A stretch of DNA of 64,000 nt from assembly GCA_963845145.1 (NCBI GenBank), contig CAWJQU010000005.1:448001-512000 (forward strand), read 5' to 3'. Every line of letters starts with the position of its first letter. The first letter of the stretch is position 1. Position numbers and translations under genes: made by a program. The notes under the pieces were generated by a model. That model was given only the letters and a program-made list of their open reading frames with translations, was not told the origin of the DNA and did not search any database. Positions 38,121 to 50,672 of the stretch are shown here, piece by piece. The DNA comes from an uncultured delta proteobacterium. GTDB taxonomy: Bacteria; Desulfobacterota; Desulfobacteria; Desulfobacterales; QNYZ01.

Positions 38121-38984
38121 TTGGTAATAAATTGCGGAGAACGTATTGCAGTGAAGCGATATTTAAATGTGGCATTTTTTCTTTTCATCTTCTTATGTAC
38201 GGTGCCGGTGTCCGCCGAGGCGCCATCACCGCCCGGCCGGATAGACTGGTTAAACGGCAAAATCCAGGCCATGGGCGTTGCATATCCCCAAAAGAAAGAT
38301 ACCGACACGCCCCCCAATCCCTCTAAAATGTTGTCCGTTGCTAAAGTCGTTGCTCAGAATAACCTATTGAAAAAAATTAAAAATATTTCTGTGTCATCTA
38401 CCCAAAGGGTGGATATGATTGTCGGATCGGATCCGCTCTTCATGGCCAAGATTCAAAGTTTGATTAAAAATGCACCGGTCATCAGCCAGGCGTATCTCTC
38501 CGACGGCACGTTGGAGGTTGCCATCGAAATGGGGCTGTGGGGGGCTTTCTCACAATTGGTTTTACCTTTGGAGGTGAAGCCGATTGAAGCGATCACGTCC
38601 CTTAACCCGCCCGATGCGGAAAGTAAAATCCGATCCAATGTCGGCCGATGGACCGGATTGATCGTCGATGCCAGAGGACTGGATCTGCAACCAGCAATGG
38701 TTCCCTCGATCACGGATGATTTGGGTAGTCGTGTTTACGGAGCGGAGTTCATCAATCGTGATTTTGCCGTTCAATGGGGAATGTGCGGATATATCCGCGG
38801 TCTGGATGAACGCCTTCGGACCGACCGAGTCGGGTTAAAACCCATAATGGTAAAAGCGATACGTACCAGCGGTCCCCATCGCACGGATATCGTCATCAGC
38901 ACGGCTGATGCAGGCCGGATTCGAGCATTCGCGGAACATGTCGCTCTATTGCGCGAAGGCAGGATGATTGTGGTTACAGATTAG
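38121..38984 (+). CDS. Exported protein, LPP20-like; start probably near 38151
   Basis: Signal-like N-terminus; IDWLNG.I.A.G; TGLIVDARG...PAM.P.I. Confidence 0.7.
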   Translation: MVINCGERIAVKRYLNVAFFLFIFLCTVPVSAEAPSPPGRIDWLNGKIQAMGVAYPQKKDTDTPPNPSKMLSVAKVVAQNNLLKKIKNISVSSTQRVDMIVGSDPLFMAKIQSLIKNAPVISQAYLSDGTLEVAIEMGLWGAFSQLVLPLEVKPIEAITSLNPPDAESKIRSNVGRWTGLIVDARGLDLQPAMVPSITDDLGSRVYGAEFINRDFAVQWGMCGYIRGLDERLRTDRVGLKPIMVKAIRTSGPHRTDIVISTADAGRIRAFAEHVALLREGRMIVVTD

Positions 38985-39052
38985 ATTAAAAACCGTTTTG
39001 AAATTGTGCCAACGGTGACCGTCAGTCGGTAACACGTTAAAATTAGTTTCAG

Positions 39053-39367
39053 ATGAGGGATGTTATGTTTAAAAAAGGGTCGCTACTTTTCATCGCCGTA
39101 ATTATGCTGGCCATTCACGGCTGCGCACCAACCGTTTATTCTCCCAAAGCGCCGCTTGATACACCTTCGCGTCATGTGGAAAATGGGATCCGAATGCTCA
39201 ATGTCGGTAAGATTGACGATGCTTTTCGAGAATTTAACCGGGCCCGACAACTCAATCCCAAATATTCTCCCGCCTATGTCGGAATCGGTTTTTGCCATGG
39301 GTTGATGGGGGACTATGAAAAGGGGCTAAAAGCGATGAAAGAAGCCCGGCGTTTGACGAAACCATAA
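39053..39367 (+). CDS. Small TPR lipoprotein
   Basis: Lipobox IHGC; A..LNP.Y..AY.G.G TPR pattern. Confidence 0.75.
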   Translation: MRDVMFKKGSLLFIAVIMLAIHGCAPTVYSPKAPLDTPSRHVENGIRMLNVGKIDDAFREFNRARQLNPKYSPAYVGIGFCHGLMGDYEKGLKAMKEARRLTKP

Positions 39368-39506
39368 GCGCTTTCCAAAAAACTCGAACAAGAAAACGCG
39401 AAATGGTTTTGAATCGTCCGTGTACTTTTTTGGATTACACGAAACGTCAGGCTCTCAGCCGTCCAGTCCTATATAAAATCCGTCCGGTCCTGATATAAAA
39501 TCTGGT

Positions 39507-42159
<2,653 letters not shown>

Positions 42160-42260
42160 TGACATGTCTCCTTGTATCAAAATATTTTTTATAAACAATC
42201 ATTTGCGACGGGTGCCTGGTTGTAAGATTTGTTGACTTTTTCAATGCTTAATAAGGGCGA

Positions 42261-42289
42261 ATTCTAGTACGGTTCCACGGGGTTGTCAA
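42261..42289 (-). promoter_or_regulatory. Sigma70 promoter of metK-ahcY
   Basis: Minus strand TTGACA-17 nt-TAGAAT. Confidence 0.7.
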
Positions 42290-42329
42290 CCCGCACATCG
42301 TTTATAAAAATAAAGGTAACGATGGTTTT

Positions 42330-43274
42330 TTACCCCTTTTGTCCTGCAGAGTGGTTGCGATGATTGATGACATTTAATGCAACTGCACTGAAAACGATCA
42401 ACACGCCACCGATATAAAAGCGATGGCCCACGGATTCATTTAAAATCAGAATCCCGAGGATCGAGATAAAAATCACCTCGCTGGACATCAAGAGACCTCC
42501 CTCCCAACTTTTACAATAACGCAAGCCCTGGGTCATCAGCAACTGACCGGCTGTTGAAGTAAAAAGAATCCCACAGATCACCAGCCATTCCATTTTACCC
42601 TGAGGCCATTGGGGCGCCAGAAAAAAGGGGCCTATGGTGATCAGGGTACCGATCAGACAAAAATAAAAATAGATGATGACCGCACCATGCGTTTTTCTTA
42701 GCTTTGAGATGATACTGATCGTGAGGCCGGCCAACATGGCCGCCACAACGGCCATCATTTGACCGGACAGGTTTCCCGCAAATTGATAGTCCAGAATGAT
42801 CGCAACCCCGGCAAATGCCAAAAGTGTGCATAAAATGTCTGTCATCGTGATACGCTCGCCAAACAGCAACGGAGAAAAAAGCGTTGTAAAGGCCGGAAAA
42901 CTGTAAAACAGGACCATGGCTGTGGACAACGGCACCAAACGAATGGCGAGAACGACACATAAAAATGCCATCGAACCTGTTACACCACGTATTAAAATCA
43001 ACTTCGGATTTTTCGGCCTGAGAAGATCGACCATACGGCCGAAAAGGACGATAAGAATCAACCCACCGCCTGCAAATCGATAAAAAGCGATATCCCAGAC
43101 CCGGTACTCGGGCCCCAGAATCTTAATAAAGAGCCCCAAAACGGCAAACATGACCGCCGAGGCCAATATCAGCAATAACCCCCAGGCCCTGGCGTGTTCA
43201 CCACCGGAAACGGCAAGCACGCGCTGGGTGATAGCCTTTTTCACGCTATGTGACCTATCCTTCTTAAATGTCAA
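42330..43274 (-). CDS. DMT/EamA-family transporter
   Basis: About ten TM segments in two repeats; FYRF, LFGERI, LILNE. Confidence 0.88.
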   Translation of the reverse strand: MTFKKDRSHSVKKAITQRVLAVSGGEHARAWGLLLILASAVMFAVLGLFIKILGPEYRVWDIAFYRFAGGGLILIVLFGRMVDLLRPKNPKLILIRGVTGSMAFLCVVLAIRLVPLSTAMVLFYSFPAFTTLFSPLLFGERITMTDILCTLLAFAGVAIILDYQFAGNLSGQMMAVVAAMLAGLTISIISKLRKTHGAVIIYFYFCLIGTLITIGPFFLAPQWPQGKMEWLVICGILFTSTAGQLLMTQGLRYCKSWEGGLLMSSEVIFISILGILILNESVGHRFYIGGVLIVFSAVALNVINHRNHSAGQKG

Positions 43275-43396
43275 CCAGGCTTAAATGTCAGCCAAGCACG
43301 GCAACGCCCCTCTGACAACCGATCGGTACCCTGTAAGCGGAAGCGGTTGTTGCTTGACGAACCGGTTTTCGATGTTAGAATAACGCTTCATAAAGA

Positions 43397-44455
43397 TTGG
43401 CAGCCAAAATAGCGTATGTTCGTTTACAAAACAATCATTTACATTTAAGCGGGGAATTAATACCGGTGGCGGTTTCGGCGACTCGCAAAGTTCAGCAATT
43501 ATACGGTCGGTTTCGCAAGGAGGATTTCGTCCTGATTGTCATCGTCGCCGACCCCGACGCCCTGGGCAGTGCCATGGCGGTAAAGCGTCTCCTCTGGCGA
43601 AAAGTGGCCGGGGTCGATATCGCCAGCGTGAACGATGTTGATCGGCCTGATAATCTGGCCATGATTCAACGCCTCGGAATCAAGCTGCTGCGTTTCGATG
43701 ATCTAAAAATGTCCACCTACTCGAAATTTGTCATTGTTGACTCTCAGCCGAATCACCATTCGGCCTTAACCCGGTTTACCTCCGATGTAATTATTGATCA
43801 TCACCCCGATACCAATGCCCAGGCGGCGTTCGCCGATATTCGTCCCCAGTATGGCGCTACAGCCTCGATTCTAACCGAATATCTGCGTGCTGCCCGCATC
43901 AAACCTTCCACCAGGCTGGCCACGGGCCTGTTGTACGCCATCAAGACCGACACACAAAATTTCGAACGGCAGACACTAATCGAAGATGTGCGGGCTTTTC
44001 AGTATCTCTTTCGCTTTGCCAATAAGCAGCTGGTTAATAAGATCGAACGTGAAGAGATTAATATCGCCTATTTAAAATATTATCGTCGGGCGATTGACCG
44101 CAAACGAAAACGCAAGGATTGGCTTTTCGTTCATTTGGGTGCGGTTGAAACGCCTGATGTCTGTGTATTGATTGCCGATTTTTTTATGCGCATCCAATCC
44201 GTCAGCTGGAGTGTCGTTTCAGGCATTGTTGGACAGACGCTGGTTGTGATCTTTCGTAACGATGGTTTAAGAAAAAACGCCGGGCGTGTGGCCAAGTTAA
44301 GTTTCGGGCAGCTGGGGTCAGCTGGCGGGCATAAGAGCATGGCAAGGGCGGAGATAAATCTGTCCGAGCTAAAAATGCAGGTGGCCTGCCGGGATGATGA
44401 AAAAATGAGTCAATGGATCATGCGCCAGATTCAAACCCGCGAACGACGACGGTAA
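43397..44455 (+). CDS. DHH-family phosphoesterase (start uncertain)
   Basis: ADPDA, VDSQ, IIDHH, KTDT, SAGGH. Confidence 0.88.
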   Translation: MAAKIAYVRLQNNHLHLSGELIPVAVSATRKVQQLYGRFRKEDFVLIVIVADPDALGSAMAVKRLLWRKVAGVDIASVNDVDRPDNLAMIQRLGIKLLRFDDLKMSTYSKFVIVDSQPNHHSALTRFTSDVIIDHHPDTNAQAAFADIRPQYGATASILTEYLRAARIKPSTRLATGLLYAIKTDTQNFERQTLIEDVRAFQYLFRFANKQLVNKIEREEINIAYLKYYRRAIDRKRKRKDWLFVHLGAVETPDVCVLIADFFMRIQSVSWSVVSGIVGQTLVVIFRNDGLRKNAGRVAKLSFGQLGSAGGHKSMARAEINLSELKMQVACRDDEKMSQWIMRQIQTRERRR

Positions 44456-44473
44456 TAGATAGAGGATAGATAA

Positions 44474-45127
44474 ATGGCCTATTATCCCATCAACCTGGAT
44501 GTTACCGGACGGCCCTGCCTGGTGGTCGGCGGAGGGCGTGTGGGGACTCGCAAAGTCAACGGCCTTTTGGCCTGTGGTGCCAAGGTCGCCGTGGTCAGTA
44601 AAACAACGAGCACCCGCATTAAGGCGCTTGCCAAAGACGATATGATTACCTTTCATCGTCGAGGCTACCAGTCGAATGATTTAAACGATATTTTTCTGGT
44701 TATCGGTGCCACCAATGATACCGACCTTAATCGACGCATTTACGAGGGGGCTCAAAAACGGCGGATTCTTTGCAATATTGCCGACCAGCCCGCTTTGTGC
44801 AATTTTATCCTGCCTGCCGTGGTTCGACGCGGAGATCTATTGGCCACCATATCCACTTCCGGAAAAAGCCCGGCCCTGGCCAAACGGTTACGCAAGGACC
44901 TTGAAAAAATCTATGGCGAGGAATATGCCGAAACGTTATCTTTGATGGGGACGATTCGAAAAAAACTGCTGGCGGAGGCCCATGCCCCTGAGGCTCATAA
45001 ACCGTTGTTCAATGAATTGATCGAAGGGGGGCTGGTCGAAATGGTTCGCGATGGCCGGCATCGTGAAATGGACCTGCTGCTGACAAGCGTCCTCGGACCT
45101 GAATTTCAGCTGAAATTATTAACCTGA
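44474..45127 (+). CDS. Precorrin-2 dehydrogenase/sirohydrochlorin ferrochelatase (CysG N-terminal/SirC type)
   Basis: YYPINL, VVGGGRVG.RK, CNIAD, ISTSGKSPALAK. Confidence 0.9.
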   Translation: MAYYPINLDVTGRPCLVVGGGRVGTRKVNGLLACGAKVAVVSKTTSTRIKALAKDDMITFHRRGYQSNDLNDIFLVIGATNDTDLNRRIYEGAQKRRILCNIADQPALCNFILPAVVRRGDLLATISTSGKSPALAKRLRKDLEKIYGEEYAETLSLMGTIRKKLLAEAHAPEAHKPLFNELIEGGLVEMVRDGRHREMDLLLTSVLGPEFQLKLLT

Positions 45128-45213
45128 AATGCCATACAATTGGACCTTGAGGACTAAAGGATAGCGCGGACCACCCGCGGCAACCCCCATCATTCTATCG
45201 TAGGGAAAAACGA

Positions 45214-46035
45214 ATGGAATCATTGGTCGTCATTTCTTGCATCTTGTATTTTCTAAGTGCGGTCGGATACCTGGGTTATCTGATTATTCAAAAAGAATGG
45301 CTCCAACAGGCCGGGTTTGGGCTGTTGACACTGGGTTTTGGGCTTCATACGGTTACACTGGCCCTGGCGTGGGTTCATGGGGGGCATATACCCGTGACCA
45401 ACCTGTACGAGACCCTGCTGATGGCCGGTTGGGCCACGGCGGGAATTTACCTGGCACTTAGCTATCGTTTTAATCTCAAGGTGTTTGGTATTTATGCCGC
45501 CCCTTTGATTACGCTGATCATGCTTGTGGCCACTCAGACCCCTCGCGTACCGGCAGAGGCCAAACCAATTTTTGACAACTTTTGGCTGATTATCCATATC
45601 ATCACGATTTTTTTGGGTGAAGCCGCGCTGGCGCTGGCTTGCGGGGTCGGGATTTTATATCTGCTCCAGGAACGCGCCATCAAGTCCAAACATCACGGCT
45701 TTTTCTATAAACGCCTGCCTTCATTGGAAATGTTGGACGGCGTGGGATATACCTGCCTGATTGTAGGCTTTACCCTGATCACGTTTGGACTCATTACCGG
45801 GATCATCTACGCTAAATCAGTCTGGGGACGTTTTTGGAGCTGGGACCCCAAAGAGGTATGGGCCGGCATCACCTGGTTACTCTATGCGGTTCTGCTACAT
45901 GAACGAATGACGGTAGGATGGCGGGGGCGCCGATCGGCCATTTTGGCCATTATCGGATTTGCCGTTGTATTATTTACGTTTTTTGGCGTTAATTTTTTTC
46001 TGAAAGGACATCATGGCATATTTACCCGGTTTTAA
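45214..46035 (+). CDS. Cytochrome c biogenesis CcsA/CcsB (HemX-like) membrane protein
   Basis: WGRFWSWDPKEVW (WWD domain); lies between the cysG-like gene and hemA. Confidence 0.88.
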   Translation: MESLVVISCILYFLSAVGYLGYLIIQKEWLQQAGFGLLTLGFGLHTVTLALAWVHGGHIPVTNLYETLLMAGWATAGIYLALSYRFNLKVFGIYAAPLITLIMLVATQTPRVPAEAKPIFDNFWLIIHIITIFLGEAALALACGVGILYLLQERAIKSKHHGFFYKRLPSLEMLDGVGYTCLIVGFTLITFGLITGIIYAKSVWGRFWSWDPKEVWAGITWLLYAVLLHERMTVGWRGRRSAILAIIGFAVVLFTFFGVNFFLKGHHGIFTRF

Positions 46036-46142
46036 TCCAAATGAACTGATCTTAATATTGGGATTGTTTTCGAACGGTTTAAAAAGCGTCTGATCCGGGT
46101 TGCCGACGGCGAGTGTTTGCCGCCACACCATACTTACTTGGC

Positions 46143-47420
46143 ATGCATCATATTATTCTCATAGGCTTAAGCCACAAAACCGCTCCGGTAGAACTGCGCG
46201 AATGTATCGCCCTGACTGGTGATGAAACCGAGACAGCCCTGACCGGTTTGCGTGCACATTCCGAAGTAACTGAATCCATGGTGTTTTCCACCTGTAACCG
46301 TGTAGAAATTCTGATGGCGGCTGAAAACGTTGATAACGCCGTCCATGCCGCTAAAACCCTTCTATCCGAATCCAAACGAATCCCGATTGAGCAATTTTCA
46401 AAAGCCCTTTACATTCACCACGATGACGCCGCCGTTCGTCATATATTTCGCGTGGCTTCAAGTCTGGACTCCATGGTTGTGGGGGAACCGCAAATTTTGG
46501 GCCAGATCAAAGACGCCTATCTAACCGCCACCCGTCAAAAAACATCCGGCCCCCTATTGAACCGACTGCTTCATCGGGCGTTCTTTGTTGCCAAGCGGAT
46601 TCGATCGGAAACCGGAATTGGCGACAGGGCGGTTTCCATCAGCTATGCCGCCATTGAATTGGGGCGCAAGATATTCGGATCAATAAATGGAATAAAGGTG
46701 TTGCTGATCGGTGCCGGAGAGATGGCCGAACTGGCGATTGAACACCTCGTGGGCCAGCAGGCGGGTGATATCATTGTGGCCAATCGGACCTTTGAGCGGG
46801 GCCTGGCCCTCGCCAAACAGTTTAATGGCCGGGCGATCCATTTTGATGAATGGATAGACCAGCTGAAGTCCGTCGATATCGTGATCAGTTCCACCGGTGC
46901 AACCGATTACGTCATCACCCGGAGTCAGGTCAAGAAATGCCTGCGTGGCCGTCGCAATCGCCCCCTGTTTTTTATCGATATCGCCGTTCCGCGTGATATC
47001 GATCCCAAAATCCACCGCCTTTCCAATACTTATGTTTACGATATCGATGACCTTAAGGCGGTTGTGGATGAAAACATGAAAGACCGGCGCCAGGAAGCCG
47101 CCAAGGGGGAACGGATTGTCGCCGAGGCCGCTGTCCAGTTTAAACAATGGTATGAAAGCCTTCAGGTCGTACCGACAATCGTGGCGTTGCGAAAAAAAAT
47201 CGAATCAATTATTGACCATGAAATCGACGTCACCCTCTCTTCATTAAATGGCCTTTCAAGCGATGAGAAAAAAGCAATGGCCCGGATGAAGGCCGCTCTC
47301 GTCAATAAAGTGCTTCATGATCCCACCATTTTTTTGAAAAAAAACGGTTGTCGTGAAGACCGGGCTCTCTATCTGGACGTTACCCGCAAATTATTCGACC
47401 TGGATAGCCAGGGGCGCTAG
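46143..47420 (+). CDS. hemA: Glutamyl-tRNA reductase
   Basis: HKTAPVELRE, STCNRVE, LDSMVVGEPQILGQ, GAGEM, DIAVPRD. Confidence 0.96.
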   Translation: MHHIILIGLSHKTAPVELRECIALTGDETETALTGLRAHSEVTESMVFSTCNRVEILMAAENVDNAVHAAKTLLSESKRIPIEQFSKALYIHHDDAAVRHIFRVASSLDSMVVGEPQILGQIKDAYLTATRQKTSGPLLNRLLHRAFFVAKRIRSETGIGDRAVSISYAAIELGRKIFGSINGIKVLLIGAGEMAELAIEHLVGQQAGDIIVANRTFERGLALAKQFNGRAIHFDEWIDQLKSVDIVISSTGATDYVITRSQVKKCLRGRRNRPLFFIDIAVPRDIDPKIHRLSNTYVYDIDDLKAVVDENMKDRRQEAAKGERIVAEAAVQFKQWYESLQVVPTIVALRKKIESIIDHEIDVTLSSLNGLSSDEKKAMARMKAALVNKVLHDPTIFLKKNGCREDRALYLDVTRKLFDLDSQGR

Positions 47421-47503
47421 CCCGGGGAGTTTGTTCTTGAGAGATTTAACTTTTTGTATTTACAATATTTTTTAAAGTTTGCGGATTTAGCATTCATCGA
47501 TAT

Positions 47504-47532
47504 TTGACAATGAAATACAATCAATATATATT
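47504..47532 (+). promoter_or_regulatory. Putative sigma70 promoter of the dksA-PHP-rnc operon
   Basis: TTGACA-17 nt-TATATT. Confidence 0.55.
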
Positions 47533-47592
47533 CCATAATTCGATTTTATTCCGATTCAGTATCGAACTTGCCTTTTTTAAAAGAGGTTCACC

Positions 47593-47955
47593 ATGAAAAA
47601 GAAAGACGTCGAATTTTTCAAGAAGCTATTAAGTGACCGTTTGGACGAACTGTTAAGCCGTGGGGACGATACCGTTTCCGGTATGACCATACCCAAAGAA
47701 AATTTTCCTGACCCCACGGATCGGGCCACCCTGGAAACCGACCGGAACTTTATGTTGCGTATTAGGGACCGTGAGCACAAGCTTATCAAAAAGGTTAAAA
47801 AAACCTTGAAGCGGATCGACAACGGGTCCTTTGGTACCTGTGAGAATTGTGGGGAGCCGATCTCTATCAAACGGCTCAAGGCACGACCCGTAACGACCCA
47901 ATGCATCGATTGTAAAACCCAGGAAGAAGCCAAAGAAAAAGCGCTTGGACTTTAG
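47593..47955 (+). CDS. dksA: RNA polymerase-binding protein DksA
   Basis: PDPTDRA, RDRE.KLI, CENC...CIDC zinc finger. Confidence 0.93.
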   Translation: MKKKDVEFFKKLLSDRLDELLSRGDDTVSGMTIPKENFPDPTDRATLETDRNFMLRIRDREHKLIKKVKKTLKRIDNGSFGTCENCGEPISIKRLKARPVTTQCIDCKTQEEAKEKALGL

Positions 47956-48826
47956 GAAAAGCCGGTATCGGGGAATAGATCTCCATACGCATTCCACGGC
48001 CTCGGACGGCACTTTAACACCGCTCGAAATTATCGCCCTGGCTGCACAATCAAACCTTGCGGCCATTTCAATTACCGATCACGATACCCTGGAAGGGGTC
48101 CGGCAAATATCAACTGCCGCCCTACCGGCGGGCTTGCAATTTCTGTCCGGCATTGAAATCAGCACATCCCCGCCGACCTCTTTTCCTATTTCCGGCAGTT
48201 TACATATACTTGGCTATGGTATCCGTGTCGACGATCCGGCATTAAATACTATTCTGGGTCAATTGAAAACATCCCGCGATAATCGGACCCCGGGCATCAT
48301 TGCCAAGTTAAATGGGCTTGGTTTTAACATCAGCTATGCAGAGGTCCACCGCCTTGCGGGAGATGGTCAGGTGGGACGACCCCACGTTGCTGCCTGTATG
48401 GTAAAAAAGGGCTACGCCGCAAGTATGGATGACGCCTTCAGCCGGTACCTGGGTCATGGCAAGCCGGCTTATGTGGACCGGTATCGAATTACGGCCACGG
48501 AGGCTATTTCCCTGGTTCGCGCTGCCGGTGGCGTCCCGGTGTTAGCTCACCCCATGTTATACGGTTTGCCTGATGTTGAGTCGGTACAGTTATTGGTCGA
48601 AGAACTGATTAAAGCTGGGATAATGGGCATCGAAGTGTATTATCCCGATCATTCCGAGGTATTTACTCGCCAACTCAGTGCCCTGGCCCAACAACGAGAT
48701 TTGCTGATGACCGGCGGAACCGATTTTCACGGGGACTTAAAGCCGGACACGCATCTGGGTATGGGCACCGGCGATTTTTGGGTACCGTTTGGCCTGTTTG
48801 AAAAGCTACAGGCTGTGATCTCATAA
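47945..48826 (+). CDS. PHP-domain metal-dependent phosphoesterase
   Basis: DLHTHSTASDG, TDHD, GRPH, LAHP, GGTDFHG. Confidence 0.9.
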   Translation: MDFRKSRYRGIDLHTHSTASDGTLTPLEIIALAAQSNLAAISITDHDTLEGVRQISTAALPAGLQFLSGIEISTSPPTSFPISGSLHILGYGIRVDDPALNTILGQLKTSRDNRTPGIIAKLNGLGFNISYAEVHRLAGDGQVGRPHVAACMVKKGYAASMDDAFSRYLGHGKPAYVDRYRITATEAISLVRAAGGVPVLAHPMLYGLPDVESVQLLVEELIKAGIMGIEVYYPDHSEVFTRQLSALAQQRDLLMTGGTDFHGDLKPDTHLGMGTGDFWVPFGLFEKLQAVIS

Positions 48827-48870
48827 GGGTTAACCGAACAGTCAAATGAAACAAAGGATCTGGTCTTACG

Positions 48871-49593
48871 ATGTCAGTGGAGAAAAAAATCGCCTGTGAC
48901 CCGGAACCCACCGGACATTCACCGGAATCTTTACAAGAGAAACTGGGTTATGCCTTTAAAAACCCCCGGTTGTTAAAAGAAGCCCTGACCCATCCGACTT
49001 TTGCCCACGAACATCCCGCCCCGGAGTTAAGCGACAATCAACGCCTGGAATTTCTCGGGGATGCAGTCTTGAATCTCGTGGTGGGCCATCTGCTGATGCA
49101 ACACTATCCCAAGGCCCGGGAGGGCGAGTTGACGCGCATGCGGGCCAATCTGGTAAGTGAGGCCGGTCTGTCCAAGTTGGCCCGCGACCTCGGTCTTGGC
49201 CCCCATATTCGGCTGGGCCGAGGCGAACAAGCCAGCCATGGACAAAAAAAGAGATCGATTCTGGCCGATGCCATGGAAGCGCTGATGGCAGCCGTCTATC
49301 TGGATAGTGGTGGAGATAGGGCCTTTGGGGTCATAGAAAGACTGTTTTCTCCATTGCTGGGCCATGCACCTACGGATCCGAAAACCGATCTCCAGGAGCT
49401 GGCTCAAAAAAAATATGGCGTCGTACCGGATTATGAGGTCGTTGCGGAATCCGGCCCGGACCATGACAAGACCTTTGTGGTCAAGCTAAGCCTTAACGAA
49501 CTTTCCACTACCGGAGAGGGGAAAAGCAAAAAGGTGGCGGAAAAAAATGCTGCGGTAAATGCGCTCAAAACCCTTTCCGAAAATGCCGGATGA
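48871..49593 (+). CDS. rnc: Ribonuclease III
   Basis: NQRLEFLGDAVL; ADAMEA; dsRBD DPKT.LQE...G.GKSKK.AE. Confidence 0.95.
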   Translation: MSVEKKIACDPEPTGHSPESLQEKLGYAFKNPRLLKEALTHPTFAHEHPAPELSDNQRLEFLGDAVLNLVVGHLLMQHYPKAREGELTRMRANLVSEAGLSKLARDLGLGPHIRLGRGEQASHGQKKRSILADAMEALMAAVYLDSGGDRAFGVIERLFSPLLGHAPTDPKTDLQELAQKKYGVVPDYEVVAESGPDHDKTFVVKLSLNELSTTGEGKSKKVAEKNAAVNALKTLSENAG

Positions 49594-50672
49594 GTGGCGA
49601 ACGCTCACCGCTGATTGCACCTGTCTTTTTACCCCATGCCGGCTGTCCGCACCAGTGTGTTTTTTGCAACCAGCATTCCGTCACCGGTACCGACCCGGCG
49701 GCTTGGGGAAGCGAGACCGTATCAAAAACAATGGAAACGTTTGTCGGCATTCAACCTCTGGGCGAACGCACGGTACAGATCGCCTTTTACGGCGGTAATT
49801 TTCTCGGGTTGCCGGAAGAGACGATTCATACATTGCTGACCGCTGCACGCCATTTTGTTAGTGAAGGGCGGGCGCACGGTATTCGCTTTTCAACGCGCCC
49901 GGAAACAGTGACCAACGAAAAAATCGCTCTGATCCGCCGGTACCCGGTGGACACCGTGGAAATCGGCGCGCAATCCATGTCGGATCGGGTGCTGGCGCTC
50001 TCCCGCAGAGGGCATAAAGCTGCCGATACGATCGGTGCGGCACGATTGCTCCAAAAAAACGGCTATGAGACCGGAATTCAGATGATGGTGGGGCTGCCCG
50101 GCGACGATGATCAAACCGCACTGGCCTCGGGTGCGGCCATTGCCGCTTTAGCGCCCGCCTTTGTTCGCATTTACCCGACGGTCGTCCTGGCCGGCAGTCC
50201 GCTGGGACAATGGTATACTCAGGAGCGCTACCGGCCGCTGACACTGGATAAGGCGGTAGAAGTAACCAAACGGCTATGGTCCGTTTTTACCCATGCCGGG
50301 ATTCCGGTGGTGCGTATGGGTTTGCAGGCTTCAAGGGACCTGGACCGTGGCACCGCAGTGATGGCGGGGCCGTATCACCCGGCGTTTGGCCACCTGGTTT
50401 TCGAAGCACTGCTTTTTGATGCAGTCCGTGATAGCATTGCGCATCGACCGGATAATGGCCCCATTGATATTCGGGTGCATCCTCGAAATCTGTCGAAATT
50501 ATACGGATTGAATCGTCAAAACCGGAAGCGAATGATGGATTATTTTCATCCCCGGCCGGTGAATATCAAAACCGATCCGGACATCGCTCCAAATGATATG
50601 ATTGTAAATCGCCGTCACTGCCATTTATACGGCGAAACGGGCCCCACTATTTTAAATGGAACGTTATCTTAA
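49590..50672 (+). CDS. Elp3-like radical SAM protein
   Basis: PHAGCPHQCVFCNQ; FYGGNF; STRP; RIYPT; GPYHPAFG. Confidence 0.85.
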   Translation: MSGERSPLIAPVFLPHAGCPHQCVFCNQHSVTGTDPAAWGSETVSKTMETFVGIQPLGERTVQIAFYGGNFLGLPEETIHTLLTAARHFVSEGRAHGIRFSTRPETVTNEKIALIRRYPVDTVEIGAQSMSDRVLALSRRGHKAADTIGAARLLQKNGYETGIQMMVGLPGDDDQTALASGAAIAALAPAFVRIYPTVVLAGSPLGQWYTQERYRPLTLDKAVEVTKRLWSVFTHAGIPVVRMGLQASRDLDRGTAVMAGPYHPAFGHLVFEALLFDAVRDSIAHRPDNGPIDIRVHPRNLSKLYGLNRQNRKRMMDYFHPRPVNIKTDPDIAPNDMIVNRRHCHLYGETGPTILNGTLS

